Assembly: GCA_964383665.1 (NCBI GenBank)
Contig: CAYLHO010000001.1
Location: forward strand, 166,921-230,920
Direction of reading: 5' to 3'
Length of the DNA: 64,000 nucleotides
Source: an uncultured Lachnospiraceae bacterium
GTDB lineage: Bacteria > Bacillota > Clostridia > Christensenellales > UBA1242
Under the pieces are notes generated by a model. That model was not told the origin of the DNA, made no database searches, and was given only the letters and a program-made list of their open reading frames with translations. The position numbers and the translations under genes are program-made. Positions 42,921 to 52,247 of this stretch are shown piece by piece (the stretch's first letter is position 1; each line of letters opens with the position of its first letter).

Positions 42921-45675
42921 CTCCGTAAATAGCTTTAAATTCGTCCATTGTCATGAAAACTGGGCGCTGTTTCGAGCCTTCAGCTGGGCCAACATAGCCT
43001 TTAAGCTCCATTTGGTCAACAATGCTTGCCGCGCGTGAGAAACCAATTCTGAATCGACGTTGAAGCATGGTTATTGATGCTTGACCGTTTTCAATGAAAA
43101 GTTTAAGAGCATATGGCAAAAGTTCGTCGCTTTGTTGGTCTGGGTTTGGAGCAAATGGGTTTCCTCCGTTCCCTTTTGGCGCAGAAACAACATCGTTTGC
43201 AGCTTCCATATCAAACTCATAGTTGTTGTTTTCTTTAATGAAATTAACAACATTTTCAACTTCTTTTCCGTCGATATAGCAGCCTTGAATTCTTGTTGGC
43301 TCTGCTTTGTCTTGTGGCGCATAAAGCATGTCACCTTTTCCAAGAAGTTTTTCTGCTCCGGCGGAATCCAAAATTGTTTTTGAATCAACAAAACTTGTAA
43401 CAGCAAAGGCAATTCTTGAAGGGAAGTTTGCCTTGATTGTTCCGGTTATAACGTTAACCGAAGGACGTTGTGTTGCAAGAATAAGGTGGATTCCCGCAGC
43501 ACGCGATTTTTGCGCAAGACGCGTAATTTTTTCTTCAATGTCTTTCTTTGCAAGCATCATAAGGTCTGCAAGCTCGTCGATTATTATAACAATAAGTGGA
43601 AGTTTTTCCTTTTCACCTGAAAGAACGGCTTGTGTTGAGTTATATTCCGCAAGGTTTCTTGCTTTTGCTTCTTGGAACAATCCAAAACGACGTTCCATTT
43701 CGTTAACCGCCCAAGTTAACGAGTTAACAGCCTTGTCGGTTTCGGTTATAACGTTTGGAAGCATCAAATGTGGAAGCCCGTTATACATTGAAAATTCAAC
43801 GCGTTTAGGGTCGATTAAGATAAGTTTCAAATCATCTGGCGAGGATTTGAAAATCATTGAAATAATAATTGCATTCAAGCAAACACTCTTGCCCGAACCT
43901 GTTGCTCCGGCAACAAGGAGATGTGGCATTTTTTCGAGATTGCAAACGCGAATTTCGCCGCTGATTTCTTTTCCAAGAGCGAATGTTAATGGGTTTTGAG
44001 CGTTTTGGAAAGTTGGGCTTGAAAGGATTTCTTTAATTCCAATTGTTGAAATTTTGTCGTTTGGAACTTCAATTCCAACCGCGCTTCTTCCCGGAATTGG
44101 TGCTTCAATTCTAATTCCCCCGTTCGAAGCAAGGTTAAGAGCAATGTCATCTTGATGGGCAAGAATTTTTTTAACGGGAACGCCAACCGGCATTTCAAGT
44201 TCATATCTTGTTACCGATGGTCCAACAACAATTCTAATAACCTTTGCGTTAATGTTGAATGTTTCAAGCGCATTCTCCAAAATAACTGCCTTCTTTTGAA
44301 CGCTCTCTTGAAGTTCAGTGTCGTCGTTTTTAACATCGAAAAGGAGGTCGCATGTTGGTGCAACATATCTTTGATGTCTTTTTGGTTTTGGCTTAAGTTC
44401 TTGAGGCGCTGGCTGAGGAGCAATTGGTTTTGGAGTTGGCTTAAGATTTTCGGCGCTAATGTTGATGTTTGGCTCATCTTTCATGATTTTTTCAATGATA
44501 TCGCCTGCAACTGCTTTGCTTTCTGGAGTGTTAAAACTGCTTTCATCGTCGAAATCAACGAAGTTTGTTGATGAGTTTTCTTCCTCTTTTGGTTCTTCTT
44601 GAATTGGTTGAGAGTTAGCTTGGAAAGCAGCAAAAGAGGAATTTTCTTCTTTAATTGAGTTAATTGTTTCGTTGATTTCTCTTGTTGAAACAGGTTCAAC
44701 TTTTTGTGTTGAGTTATCATGAGAAAAAATTGTCATTTCGCTAAGCGATGGTGGTGTTAGCAAATAATCTCTTCTTGAAAGTTCATTTTTTTCAAATCTT
44801 TCGCGAAGTGTTGGTTCTTTTTTAACTGGTTTCGATGATGCAATAACCGTTCCGTTTTTCATGAGCCCAAGTTTTTGCTTTGCACTGTCGGTTTTTGAAA
44901 GTTCTTTTTCTTCTTCAATTTTGGCGTCAAGAGTTATCTTCGGCTTTTCTTCTCCCTTTTTTCTTCTTGCAATTGCCTTATCAAGTTTGGAAAGAGTTTT
45001 TGAATGGATTTCTTCATCCGATGCGGAAAAGAGTTCGCCATCTCGACCAATAAGGTTTCCTTCTTTGTCCAAAATCCATTCGCTGCTTTTCTTTTCTTCT
45101 TTTTTTGCTGCTTTTTCTGCTTTAATTTCTGCCTTTTGTTGTGCCTTTTCTCTTTGGAGTTTAACTGGTGCGTTTTCGCGGGCTTTGCGGCGAACATAGA
45201 GCAAATAATCGGCAATTAAGCAAGAGAAAACAATAAGCAAGATTGAATATATTGCATAAACACCGGCATTCCCAAGAAGATATCTTATTGGCGCAATAAA
45301 AATTCCAACAATAATCCCCCCCGGGGTTAATTGCTTGAGATAGTTATATCCAAGAAAATCGAAAAAACCGCCTTCAAATGAGCCTACTATTATATTTTGA
45401 ACAATTGCTAAAATGGAAATGAGAGCAAAAGAAATGTAAACAGCATAGCGAGGTTGAAGAACATATTTTTTCTTGTTAATAATCATTAATCCAACGATGA
45501 AAAGAACAATGAAAAGTGGATAGGAAAAAAGACCAAATGTTCCAAGCAAAAAGCGCTTAAGCGGCTTAATAAGCCCTGTGAAAAGGACTAGAAACGCAAA
45601 AGTGCATAAAACGAGAAGGCAAATTCCCGTGATAAGTAAAATTTTCTTCTTTTTCTCATAGGACAAGTTTTTCAT
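42910..45675 (-). CDS. ftsK: DNA translocase FtsK/SpoIIIE
   Basis: N-terminal TM helices, a long acidic/Lys-rich linker, the motor domain GATGSGKS and IIIDELADL, and a winged-helix gamma domain at the C-terminus. Confidence 0.93.
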   Translation of the reverse strand: MKNLSYEKKKKILLITGICLLVLCTFAFLVLFTGLIKPLKRFLLGTFGLFSYPLFIVLFIVGLMIINKKKYVLQPRYAVYISFALISILAIVQNIIVGSFEGGFFDFLGYNYLKQLTPGGIIVGIFIAPIRYLLGNAGVYAIYSILLIVFSCLIADYLLYVRRKARENAPVKLQREKAQQKAEIKAEKAAKKEEKKSSEWILDKEGNLIGRDGELFSASDEEIHSKTLSKLDKAIARRKKGEEKPKITLDAKIEEEKELSKTDSAKQKLGLMKNGTVIASSKPVKKEPTLRERFEKNELSRRDYLLTPPSLSEMTIFSHDNSTQKVEPVSTREINETINSIKEENSSFAAFQANSQPIQEEPKEEENSSTNFVDFDDESSFNTPESKAVAGDIIEKIMKDEPNINISAENLKPTPKPIAPQPAPQELKPKPKRHQRYVAPTCDLLFDVKNDDTELQESVQKKAVILENALETFNINAKVIRIVVGPSVTRYELEMPVGVPVKKILAHQDDIALNLASNGGIRIEAPIPGRSAVGIEVPNDKISTIGIKEILSSPTFQNAQNPLTFALGKEISGEIRVCNLEKMPHLLVAGATGSGKSVCLNAIIISMIFKSSPDDLKLILIDPKRVEFSMYNGLPHLMLPNVITETDKAVNSLTWAVNEMERRFGLFQEAKARNLAEYNSTQAVLSGEKEKLPLIVIIIDELADLMMLAKKDIEEKITRLAQKSRAAGIHLILATQRPSVNVITGTIKANFPSRIAFAVTSFVDSKTILDSAGAEKLLGKGDMLYAPQDKAEPTRIQGCYIDGKEVENVVNFIKENNNYEFDMEAANDVVSAPKGNGGNPFAPNPDQQSDELLPYALKLFIENGQASITMLQRRFRIGFSRAASIVDQMELKGYVGPAEGSKQRPVFMTMDEFKAIYGDVE

Positions 45676-45828
45676 ACTTTTTGATTATATCACATTAAAG
45701 CAAAAGTTAAAATAGAAAAAATGAATTTTTTAGATTTTTTTTGAATATGCTGCCCCGTCTTTGCACATAATATAGATGTAAAGAAAAGTTTCCACGTTTT
45801 CTTTTTTGGAAAAACTCTCTTTACATAA

Positions 45829-45868
45829 TAAAACGCCAAGGAAAATCACACTGTCCTTGGCGTTTTAT
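45829..45868 (-). terminator. strong (bidirectional) terminator after the 45879 gene
   Basis: 11-bp stem AACGCCAAGGA/TCCTTGGCGTT flanked by A and T runs. Confidence 0.78.
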
Positions 45869-45878
45869 TATTTAGATT

Positions 45879-46427
45879 TTAAGCTGCTGTTTCGTCGGAT
45901 AAAACAATTTTGAAATGATAACTTGAGTCAACTGCCGCTGCTTGAGAAGTTACAGAAAGAGTTAAAGTTATTGTTGTTTTGCTTGTTCCACTTCCTGTTG
46001 AAGGAGCAAGCGTGACAGATGATGAAGAGATTGTTCTTGTTAAGTTTGGGGTTGTTGTGGAAATGTCGCTAACGGTTATATCAAGGCTTCTTTCTGTGCT
46101 TAAGTTTTCAATTGTTATTGAAATTACGATTGAGTTTCCTGTGCTCTTAAAATTTAGGTTGTTATTCCATGAATTAAGTTGGGCGGTTGTTGGCGCAGAG
46201 TTATATGCATAATTGAGTTGTTGATATGTTGGAGTTTCTTGCGCACCAGACGAGCTTCCAGTTATTTTTGCGTAAACATTTGTTGCTTGGAAGGCAATTG
46301 TTCCGCTGAACTCGGTTTCAGTTCTTTGGGCAGCAAAAACGCCAACGACAATCACAGCCGAAAGCAAAAAAAGTTGACATATTATGAAAAGTAATTTCCA
46401 TTTTATTTTTGCAAGACTTTTTTTCAT
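45879..46427 (-). CDS. secreted/cell-surface hypothetical protein (Ser/Thr-rich beta-type)
   Basis: N-terminal signal anchor KWKLLFIICQLFLLSAVIVVGVFAAQ. The remainder is rich in T/S/N, with alternating patterns (SIVISITIENL, TTITLTLSVTS). Confidence 0.5.
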   Translation of the reverse strand: MKKSLAKIKWKLLFIICQLFLLSAVIVVGVFAAQRTETEFSGTIAFQATNVYAKITGSSSGAQETPTYQQLNYAYNSAPTTAQLNSWNNNLNFKSTGNSIVISITIENLSTERSLDITVSDISTTTPNLTRTISSSSVTLAPSTGSGTSKTTITLTLSVTSQAAAVDSSYHFKIVLSDETAA

Positions 46428-46543
46428 GTTTCCTTTTTATTTTAGCCCAAAAAAATATAATTAATTATGTTTTTTTGCTTACTTTCCCCCTTAAATTTAT
46501 TAAATTTTAACATATAACATTTTTTTTTCAAAATAAAAAGCTG

Positions 46544-48511
46544 TTAAACTTTAAGAATTTTTAGAATTTCTTTTTTGATGTTTGCAACCGAGAAGCCATA
46601 TTTTTTGTAAACTTCGCTTCCTCGCCCGCTTTTTCCATATTGTGTTACGTTAATAACTTTGCCTTTTTCCCCAACATATTTGAACCAAACATTATCGGAA
46701 GAAGCCTCCAAAGCAACACGCGCTTTAACATCTTTAAACAAAACCGAGTTTTTATATTGTTCGGTTTGTTTTTCAAATTCCTCAAGGCATGGGAAAGAAA
46801 CAACAGCAACTTTAACGCCAGACTTGTTAAATTCCTTTTTAACACTTAATGCAAGGTCAACTTCGCTTCCCGTTGCGTAAAGCACAAGCGAAACTTTTCC
46901 AGCATCTTTTTCAAGAATATATCCACCTTTCAAAGCCATTTCAACGCTTGTTTTTTGTTCAGGCAAATCTTGTTTTGAAAGAATGAAACAAGTTGGATTA
47001 ACCCCGTTTAATGCAAGGTCGTAGCAGGCAATAAGTTCATTAACATCGCATGGGCGGCAAACATTAACATTTGGCATTGCTCGAAGCGCAGCAATTTGCT
47101 CAATTGGTTGATGAGTTTCGCCGTCCTCCCCAATCATAAGTGAATCGTGAGTGAAAAAATATAAAATTGGTTGATTCATCATTGCGGCAAGACGCAAAGC
47201 AGGCAAAAGATAGTTTGAGAAAGAAAGATAGGTTGAAACATAAACACGAAGCCCAGCATAAAGATTAAGCCCGTTTGCAATTGCTCCCATTGCATGTTCT
47301 CTAACTCCAAAGGCAATGTTTCTTCCGCGTCTGTTTTCTGGGTTGTAAACATCTCCTTCGTCAATTACTGCTTTTGTTGATGATGCAAGGTCAGCACAGC
47401 CTCCAATTATGTTTGGATATTTTTCGGCAAGAATGTTAAGGACTTTGTGGTTTGCTTCTCTTCCGCTAATTCTTTTTTCTTTAATTTTGTTTCCAACAAT
47501 TTTCTCAACATCAATTGTTTTTTTGTCTAGGAATTGAGAAAGTTGCTTATAGAGTTCAGGGTTGGTTTTTGAGTATAAATTAACTTTTCTTCGCCAATCC
47601 ATTTCAATTTCATAGTTTTTTCTTGTTGTTGTTTCGCAGAATTTTTTAACATCGTCTGGAACATTCCAACGTTCGGAAATTTCAAGAGATGAAAGATAAC
47701 TGTTAAGTTCTTCTTCGGAAAGAGGTTTTCCGTGAATTTCAGATTTTCCTTCATATTTCGTTCCAACTCCAATAACAGTGTTAAAAATTATTATTGTTGG
47801 CTTGCCATTGTTTTGTTTCGCTTTTGAAATTGCTCTTGAAACTGCATGGAAATGGTTTCCATTAACATTTGAAATCACGTTCCAACCTTGAGCGCGGAAT
47901 TTTTCTTCAACATTTTCGTTTGAAACATTTGAAAGAGAGCCGTCTAATGTTGTTTGATTTCTGTCGTAAAGCAAAATTAAATTTTCAAGTTTAAGCTTCC
48001 CTGCAAGGCTTATTGCTTCCAAAGCAACGCCTTCCATAAGGCAGCCATCTCCTGCAAAAACATATGTTTTGTTTGAGAAAATTGGATCGTCGAGAACGTT
48101 AAACCTTTCGGCAAGCATTGTTTGGGCAATTGCAAAACCAACTGCGTTTCCAATTCCCTGCCCAAGAGGACCTGTTGTTGCTTCAATTCCTGGAGTTTCG
48201 CCAAGCGAAGGGTGCCCCGGAGTTTTACTTCCATATTTTCGAAGTTGTTTTAAATCGTCAATTGAAATTGGGAATCCAAACATGTGCTCAATTGCATATA
48301 AAAGAGGACAAACATGCCCCGACGAAAGAATAAATCGATCTCGATTTAAGAAAAGATTGTCGGAAGTTGAAAAGGTTAAATGGTCCTTAAAAAGAGCGCA
48401 TAAAATTGTTGCAGCGCTAAGGCAAGAGCCTGTGTGTCCCGAATTTGAATTTGAAATTGCTTGCGCGGCAAGTGCACGTGCTGTGTTAACACATTTTTGT
48501 TCAATTTTCAT
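46544..48511 (-). CDS. tkt: transketolase
   Basis: SGHTGS, ThDP motif GDGCLMEG, NQTTLDG and GEDGETHQPIEQ. Confidence 0.94.
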   Translation of the reverse strand: MKIEQKCVNTARALAAQAISNSNSGHTGSCLSAATILCALFKDHLTFSTSDNLFLNRDRFILSSGHVCPLLYAIEHMFGFPISIDDLKQLRKYGSKTPGHPSLGETPGIEATTGPLGQGIGNAVGFAIAQTMLAERFNVLDDPIFSNKTYVFAGDGCLMEGVALEAISLAGKLKLENLILLYDRNQTTLDGSLSNVSNENVEEKFRAQGWNVISNVNGNHFHAVSRAISKAKQNNGKPTIIIFNTVIGVGTKYEGKSEIHGKPLSEEELNSYLSSLEISERWNVPDDVKKFCETTTRKNYEIEMDWRRKVNLYSKTNPELYKQLSQFLDKKTIDVEKIVGNKIKEKRISGREANHKVLNILAEKYPNIIGGCADLASSTKAVIDEGDVYNPENRRGRNIAFGVREHAMGAIANGLNLYAGLRVYVSTYLSFSNYLLPALRLAAMMNQPILYFFTHDSLMIGEDGETHQPIEQIAALRAMPNVNVCRPCDVNELIACYDLALNGVNPTCFILSKQDLPEQKTSVEMALKGGYILEKDAGKVSLVLYATGSEVDLALSVKKEFNKSGVKVAVVSFPCLEEFEKQTEQYKNSVLFKDVKARVALEASSDNVWFKYVGEKGKVINVTQYGKSGRGSEVYKKYGFSVANIKKEILKILKV

Positions 48512-49014
48512 TTTGTCTCCATAATAAGCGATTCAAGAGTTTCAATTAAATCGTCAAGTTTAGATATATCATATTTTAGGAAAAAATTGCAATTTTTTTT
48601 GAGATAATTATCTCGTTCCTTGAAAACAATTTGCGCAATTTCATAGTATCCAAGCTTTTCCTGACTTATCCCCGACTTTTTAATACTTTCAATTCTTTTA
48701 TTAAATTGCGAAGGGGTTTGACGCAAATATATAACAATGTTGTTCGTTGAAATAACGTTAAAATTGTTTGAAAAAGTTTCGCATTTCATCGAAACAATTG
48801 TTTTTTCATAGGTGTTAAGGCTTTCAACAACCTTTTTTTCTTGCTGGATTGTATAAGGTTTTCCGCAAAGTTTTTCCATTTTTTCTTCATCGAACAAGGA
48901 GTAGGAAATCATATCTTCACAGTTCAAATAGAAAAAATCAAGCTTTTGCGCAAGCGCAAGCCCAACTTGTTTCAAATCCTCCTCAATCATTCCAACTAAA
49001 ACGATATTTGACAT
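48508..49014 (-). CDS. shikimate-kinase-like protein with degenerate P-loop
   Basis: NIVLVGMIEEDLKQVGLALAQKLDFFYLNCEDMI aligns by eye with AroK NIxLxGxxGxGKSTxGxxLAxxL. The GxxGxGKS/T and GGG motifs are absent. It has a 4-nt overlap with the tkt start. Confidence 0.5.
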   Translation of the reverse strand: MSNIVLVGMIEEDLKQVGLALAQKLDFFYLNCEDMISYSLFDEEKMEKLCGKPYTIQQEKKVVESLNTYEKTIVSMKCETFSNNFNVISTNNIVIYLRQTPSQFNKRIESIKKSGISQEKLGYYEIAQIVFKERDNYLKKNCNFFLKYDISKLDDLIETLESLIMETK

Positions 49015-49144
49015 CTGAAAATTATTTCCCCCTTAAATTATTTTAGCATAAAAAGAACAATTAAAGAAATGAATTTTAACTTTTTGTAAAAATTAAAATG
49101 AAAATTAATAAAAAATTTACAAAATAAATAAATAAGCGCATGAT

Positions 49145-49822
49145 TTATGCGCTTCTTAAAAAGGAATTTTTAACATATTTTTTTGCAATTTCAAGTGCTT
49201 TTTCAAAATCCTCAAAGGAATGTGGGATTAAAGCAATCCCTTCGCATGGTGGATTATATTTTTGAATTGCAAATGCTTTTGAATTGAAAATTAATTTCCC
49301 AATTTCTTCAATATCCGAAAGTTTAACATCGGGAGCGAATGTTGTTCGAAATTCGTAATTAATCTTTGAATTTTTAAGCAAATTTATGCTCTCTTCAATT
49401 TTTTTTAGGTCAACATTTTTTTGAGTTATTTCGCAATATTTTTTTGGTGAGGTTTTAACATCCATAGCAACAAAATCAAGCAAATTTTCCTCAAGAAGAT
49501 TCCTTAAAATTTGTGGGTTTGTTCCGTTTGTGTCAAGTTTAATTAAGAACCCCATTTTTTTAACTTTTATAATAAATTCCTTAAGTCCACTTGAAAGAGT
49601 TGGCTCTCCGCCCGAAATAACCAACCCATCAAGTTGACCTTTTCTTTTTTCAAGAAAGTTTAAAATGTCCTCTTCGGAAAATTTTTCAACTTTTTCCCCC
49701 TCAATAATTTTCCTGTTATGGCAAAACCAACAATTGAAATTGCAGCCAAACGTGAAAACAACGGCGGAGATGTTGTTTGGAAAGTCAACAAAGGAATTTT
49801 TAATTAGGCCTGCAAATTTCAC
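49145..49822 (-). CDS. nrdG: anaerobic ribonucleoside-triphosphate reductase activating protein
   Basis: Radical SAM CNFNCWFCHN and ISGGEPT. It lies downstream of nrdD. Confidence 0.87.
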   Translation of the reverse strand: MKFAGLIKNSFVDFPNNISAVVFTFGCNFNCWFCHNRKIIEGEKVEKFSEEDILNFLEKRKGQLDGLVISGGEPTLSSGLKEFIIKVKKMGFLIKLDTNGTNPQILRNLLEENLLDFVAMDVKTSPKKYCEITQKNVDLKKIEESINLLKNSKINYEFRTTFAPDVKLSDIEEIGKLIFNSKAFAIQKYNPPCEGIALIPHSFEDFEKALEIAKKYVKNSFLRSA

Positions 49823-49839
49823 TTATTTTTCTCCTTAAA

Positions 49840-51939
49840 TTAAACAATTTGGTCGTTTCGAATAACAAATTTTTTTCTTAAATCATATTCTTCGCGTTTG
49901 CTGTCGTTATAGTCTTGAACCATTCTTAAATAGCCAACAACTCTGCTCCAAACCTCGGTTTTCTTTCCGCATTTTGGGCAAGAGAAATGCTCCCCTGCAA
50001 TATATCCATGCTCTGGGCAAATGCTGAAAGTTGGAGTTATTGAAATATATGGCATTTTGTTGTTATTGAAGATTTTTTGAATAAGCTTTTTGCAAACTTC
50101 TTTATCCTCAATTTTTTCGCCAAGATACAGGTGGAGAACCGTTCCGCCGGTGTAAAGCGATTGAAGGTCGTCTTGAAGGCGAACAACTTCGAAAATGTCG
50201 TCGGTATATTCAACTGGGATTTGAGTTGAATTTGTGTAACATGGCTGATCTTTTCCTGCTGTTATAATGTTTGGGAAGCGCTTTTTGTCAATTCTTGCAA
50301 GGCGAGCGCTTGTTCCTTCCGCAGGCGTTGCTTCAAGGTTATAACTGTTCCCGGTTTCCTTTTGATATTCAACCATTTTGGAGCGAAGTCTGTTCATAAC
50401 TTTCTTTGCAAATTCTTGCCCGAAATCGGTTGTTATGTTTTGGTCTTTTCCAAATAAATTCATAATTGCTTCGTTCATCCCAACAATTCCAATTGTGTTG
50501 AAATGATTTGCCCAATAACTTCCCGAACGCGCTTTAACATTTCGAAGATAAAATTTACAATATGGATAAAGCCCGTCCTCTGTTTGTTTTTCAACAACTT
50601 TTCGCTTAATTTCAAGCGAATCCTTTGCTGCGTCGGCAAGTTTATCAAGACGCTGCATAAATTCTTCTTCGTCTTGAGAAAGGTAAGCAATTCTTGGAAG
50701 GTTTATTGTTACAACTCCAATCGAGCCTGTTAATGGATTCGAGCCAAAAAGCCCTCCTCCGCGTTTTTTAAGCTCCGAAACATCAAGTCGAAGACGGCAA
50801 CACATTGAAACAGCATCTTCTGGGGAAAGGTCGGAAGTTACATAATTTGCGAAATATGGGATTCCATATTTGCAGGTCATTTCCATAATTTTGTCAATAA
50901 CTTCGCTGTTCCAGTCTAAATCCTTTGTTACATTGATTGTTGGAATTGGAAACGTGAAAACCCGCCCTTTGCTGTCGCCTTCAAGCATAACATCGCAAAA
51001 TGCCTTGTTAAAAAGATCCATTTCAGCTTGATAGTCGCCATAGGTTGAATCCAATGGCTCTCCGCCAATTATAACCGGTTGGTCTTTAAGAGTTTTTGGA
51101 ACTTTAATGTCCAAAGTTACATTTGAAAATGGACACTGAAATCCAACGCGTGTTGGAACATTCATGTTGAAAACGAACTCTTGAATTGCTTGTTTAACTT
51201 GCTCATAACTCAAGTTGTCTTTTCGAATGAAAGGAGCGCTGTAGGTGTCGAAACTGCTCCATGCCTGTGCGCCGGCTGTTTCGCCTTGGGTTGTGAATGT
51301 TGCATTAACAATTTGACCAAGGAACGAACGAAGATGCTTTGGAGGGTTTGAACTTACCTTTCCTGAAACGCCCGTGAAGCCATCGGTTAAAATTGCTCTC
51401 AAATCCCAGCCAACGCAATATGCGCCAAAGAACCCAAGGTCGTGGATATGAATTGCACCGCTGTTATGAAGTTCGCGGATATAGTCGGGATAAACTTCGT
51501 TAAGCCAATAACTTTTCGTAAACGCCTCGCGAACATAGTTGTTAAGCCCGGCAATGCTTCGTTGCATGTTTGCGTTTTCTTTAACAGCCCAATCTTTTTC
51601 GGAAAGATATTTATCGAACATGTCGATTGTTGCTCCAATAAGTGCGTTGTTTTCGCGTGCTTGCTTGCGCTTTTCACGATATAAAATGTATGACTTTGCA
51701 ACCTGTGCATGTCGATTTTCAATTAAAACTTTTTCAACACAATTTTGAATTTCCTCAACAGTTGGAATTTTTGACGCAAAATTCTTTTCAAGATTTAAAG
51801 CGACTTCTTCTGCAAGGTTTTTTGCGGTTTCCCTGTCGTTTCCGCCGCAAGCTCTTGCTGCTTTAAAAATTGCATTTGCAATTTTCTCTTTGTCGAAATC
51901 TTGAAACGTTCCGTCCCTTTTATAAACTTGTCTTATCAT
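49840..51939 (-). CDS. nrdD: anaerobic ribonucleoside-triphosphate reductase
   Basis: Start is the ATG at 51939, behind AGGAG. Features are an ATP-cone N-terminus (VYKRDGTFQDFDKEKI), a C-terminal Zn ribbon (CPEHGY, CPKCG) and a glycyl radical region (RVVGYLR). Confidence 0.94.
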   Translation of the reverse strand: MIRQVYKRDGTFQDFDKEKIANAIFKAARACGGNDRETAKNLAEEVALNLEKNFASKIPTVEEIQNCVEKVLIENRHAQVAKSYILYREKRKQARENNALIGATIDMFDKYLSEKDWAVKENANMQRSIAGLNNYVREAFTKSYWLNEVYPDYIRELHNSGAIHIHDLGFFGAYCVGWDLRAILTDGFTGVSGKVSSNPPKHLRSFLGQIVNATFTTQGETAGAQAWSSFDTYSAPFIRKDNLSYEQVKQAIQEFVFNMNVPTRVGFQCPFSNVTLDIKVPKTLKDQPVIIGGEPLDSTYGDYQAEMDLFNKAFCDVMLEGDSKGRVFTFPIPTINVTKDLDWNSEVIDKIMEMTCKYGIPYFANYVTSDLSPEDAVSMCCRLRLDVSELKKRGGGLFGSNPLTGSIGVVTINLPRIAYLSQDEEEFMQRLDKLADAAKDSLEIKRKVVEKQTEDGLYPYCKFYLRNVKARSGSYWANHFNTIGIVGMNEAIMNLFGKDQNITTDFGQEFAKKVMNRLRSKMVEYQKETGNSYNLEATPAEGTSARLARIDKKRFPNIITAGKDQPCYTNSTQIPVEYTDDIFEVVRLQDDLQSLYTGGTVLHLYLGEKIEDKEVCKKLIQKIFNNNKMPYISITPTFSICPEHGYIAGEHFSCPKCGKKTEVWSRVVGYLRMVQDYNDSKREEYDLRKKFVIRNDQIV

Positions 51940-51959
51940 TCTCTTCTCCTTTTTGCGGC

Positions 51960-52018
51960 GCACAATATATTGTTTTTAGCGTTGCAAAAATATGCTACCA
52001 CAACACAATATATGGTGT
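51960..52018 (-). promoter_or_regulatory. two NrdR boxes flanking the nrdD promoter
   Basis: GCACAATATATTGTTT (51960-51975) and ACACAATATATGGTGT (52003-52018), compared with the NrdR consensus acaCwAtATaTwGtgt. A minus-strand TTGACA (52021-52016) overlaps box 2. Confidence 0.6.
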
Positions 52019-52192
52019 CAAACAAAAACTATTACTTTTGCAAAATTTAGGTTTTTTTGTTGTTTTTCAACAAATTTTTTGTAAGTAAAAATTTGCTTAT
52101 TCCTTTTATATTAAGGAAGGGAAAGCATTTTTTTAATTTGGAATTTTAGAAGATTTTAAAATTTATTTTTAAGCTTTAAATTAACCCTCTTT

Positions 52193-52222
52193 GTCAAATT
52201 TCGACACTCTTCGGCATATATA
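52193..52222 (+). promoter_or_regulatory. possible mother-cell (sigma-E/K-type) promoter for sigK
   Basis: GTCA, 18 nt, then CATATATA. This is only a loose match to the CATA-type -10 of sigma-E/K promoters. Confidence 0.3.
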
Positions 52223-52247
52223 TACACAAATTGTTGGAGTTTGAATT

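Noticed and set aside
43328-43999. 223-aa + strand ORF inside ftsK, and similar antisense ORFs in recN (35708-36166), serS (26109-26576), the MurF-like gene (37090-37506) and the Dac gene (32325-32792)
   Set aside because: All lie opposite well-supported genes. They are Ser/Phe/Ile-rich, as expected from the reverse complement of AT-rich coding DNA, and lack an RBS.
46483-46500. Shared TTTCCCCCTTAAAT string at 46485 and 49025 as a possible repeat element
   Set aside because: On the minus strand it reads as an AAGGGGGAAA Shine-Dalgarno-type sequence. One copy is the RBS of the AroK-like gene. The match is short and explained by RBS composition.
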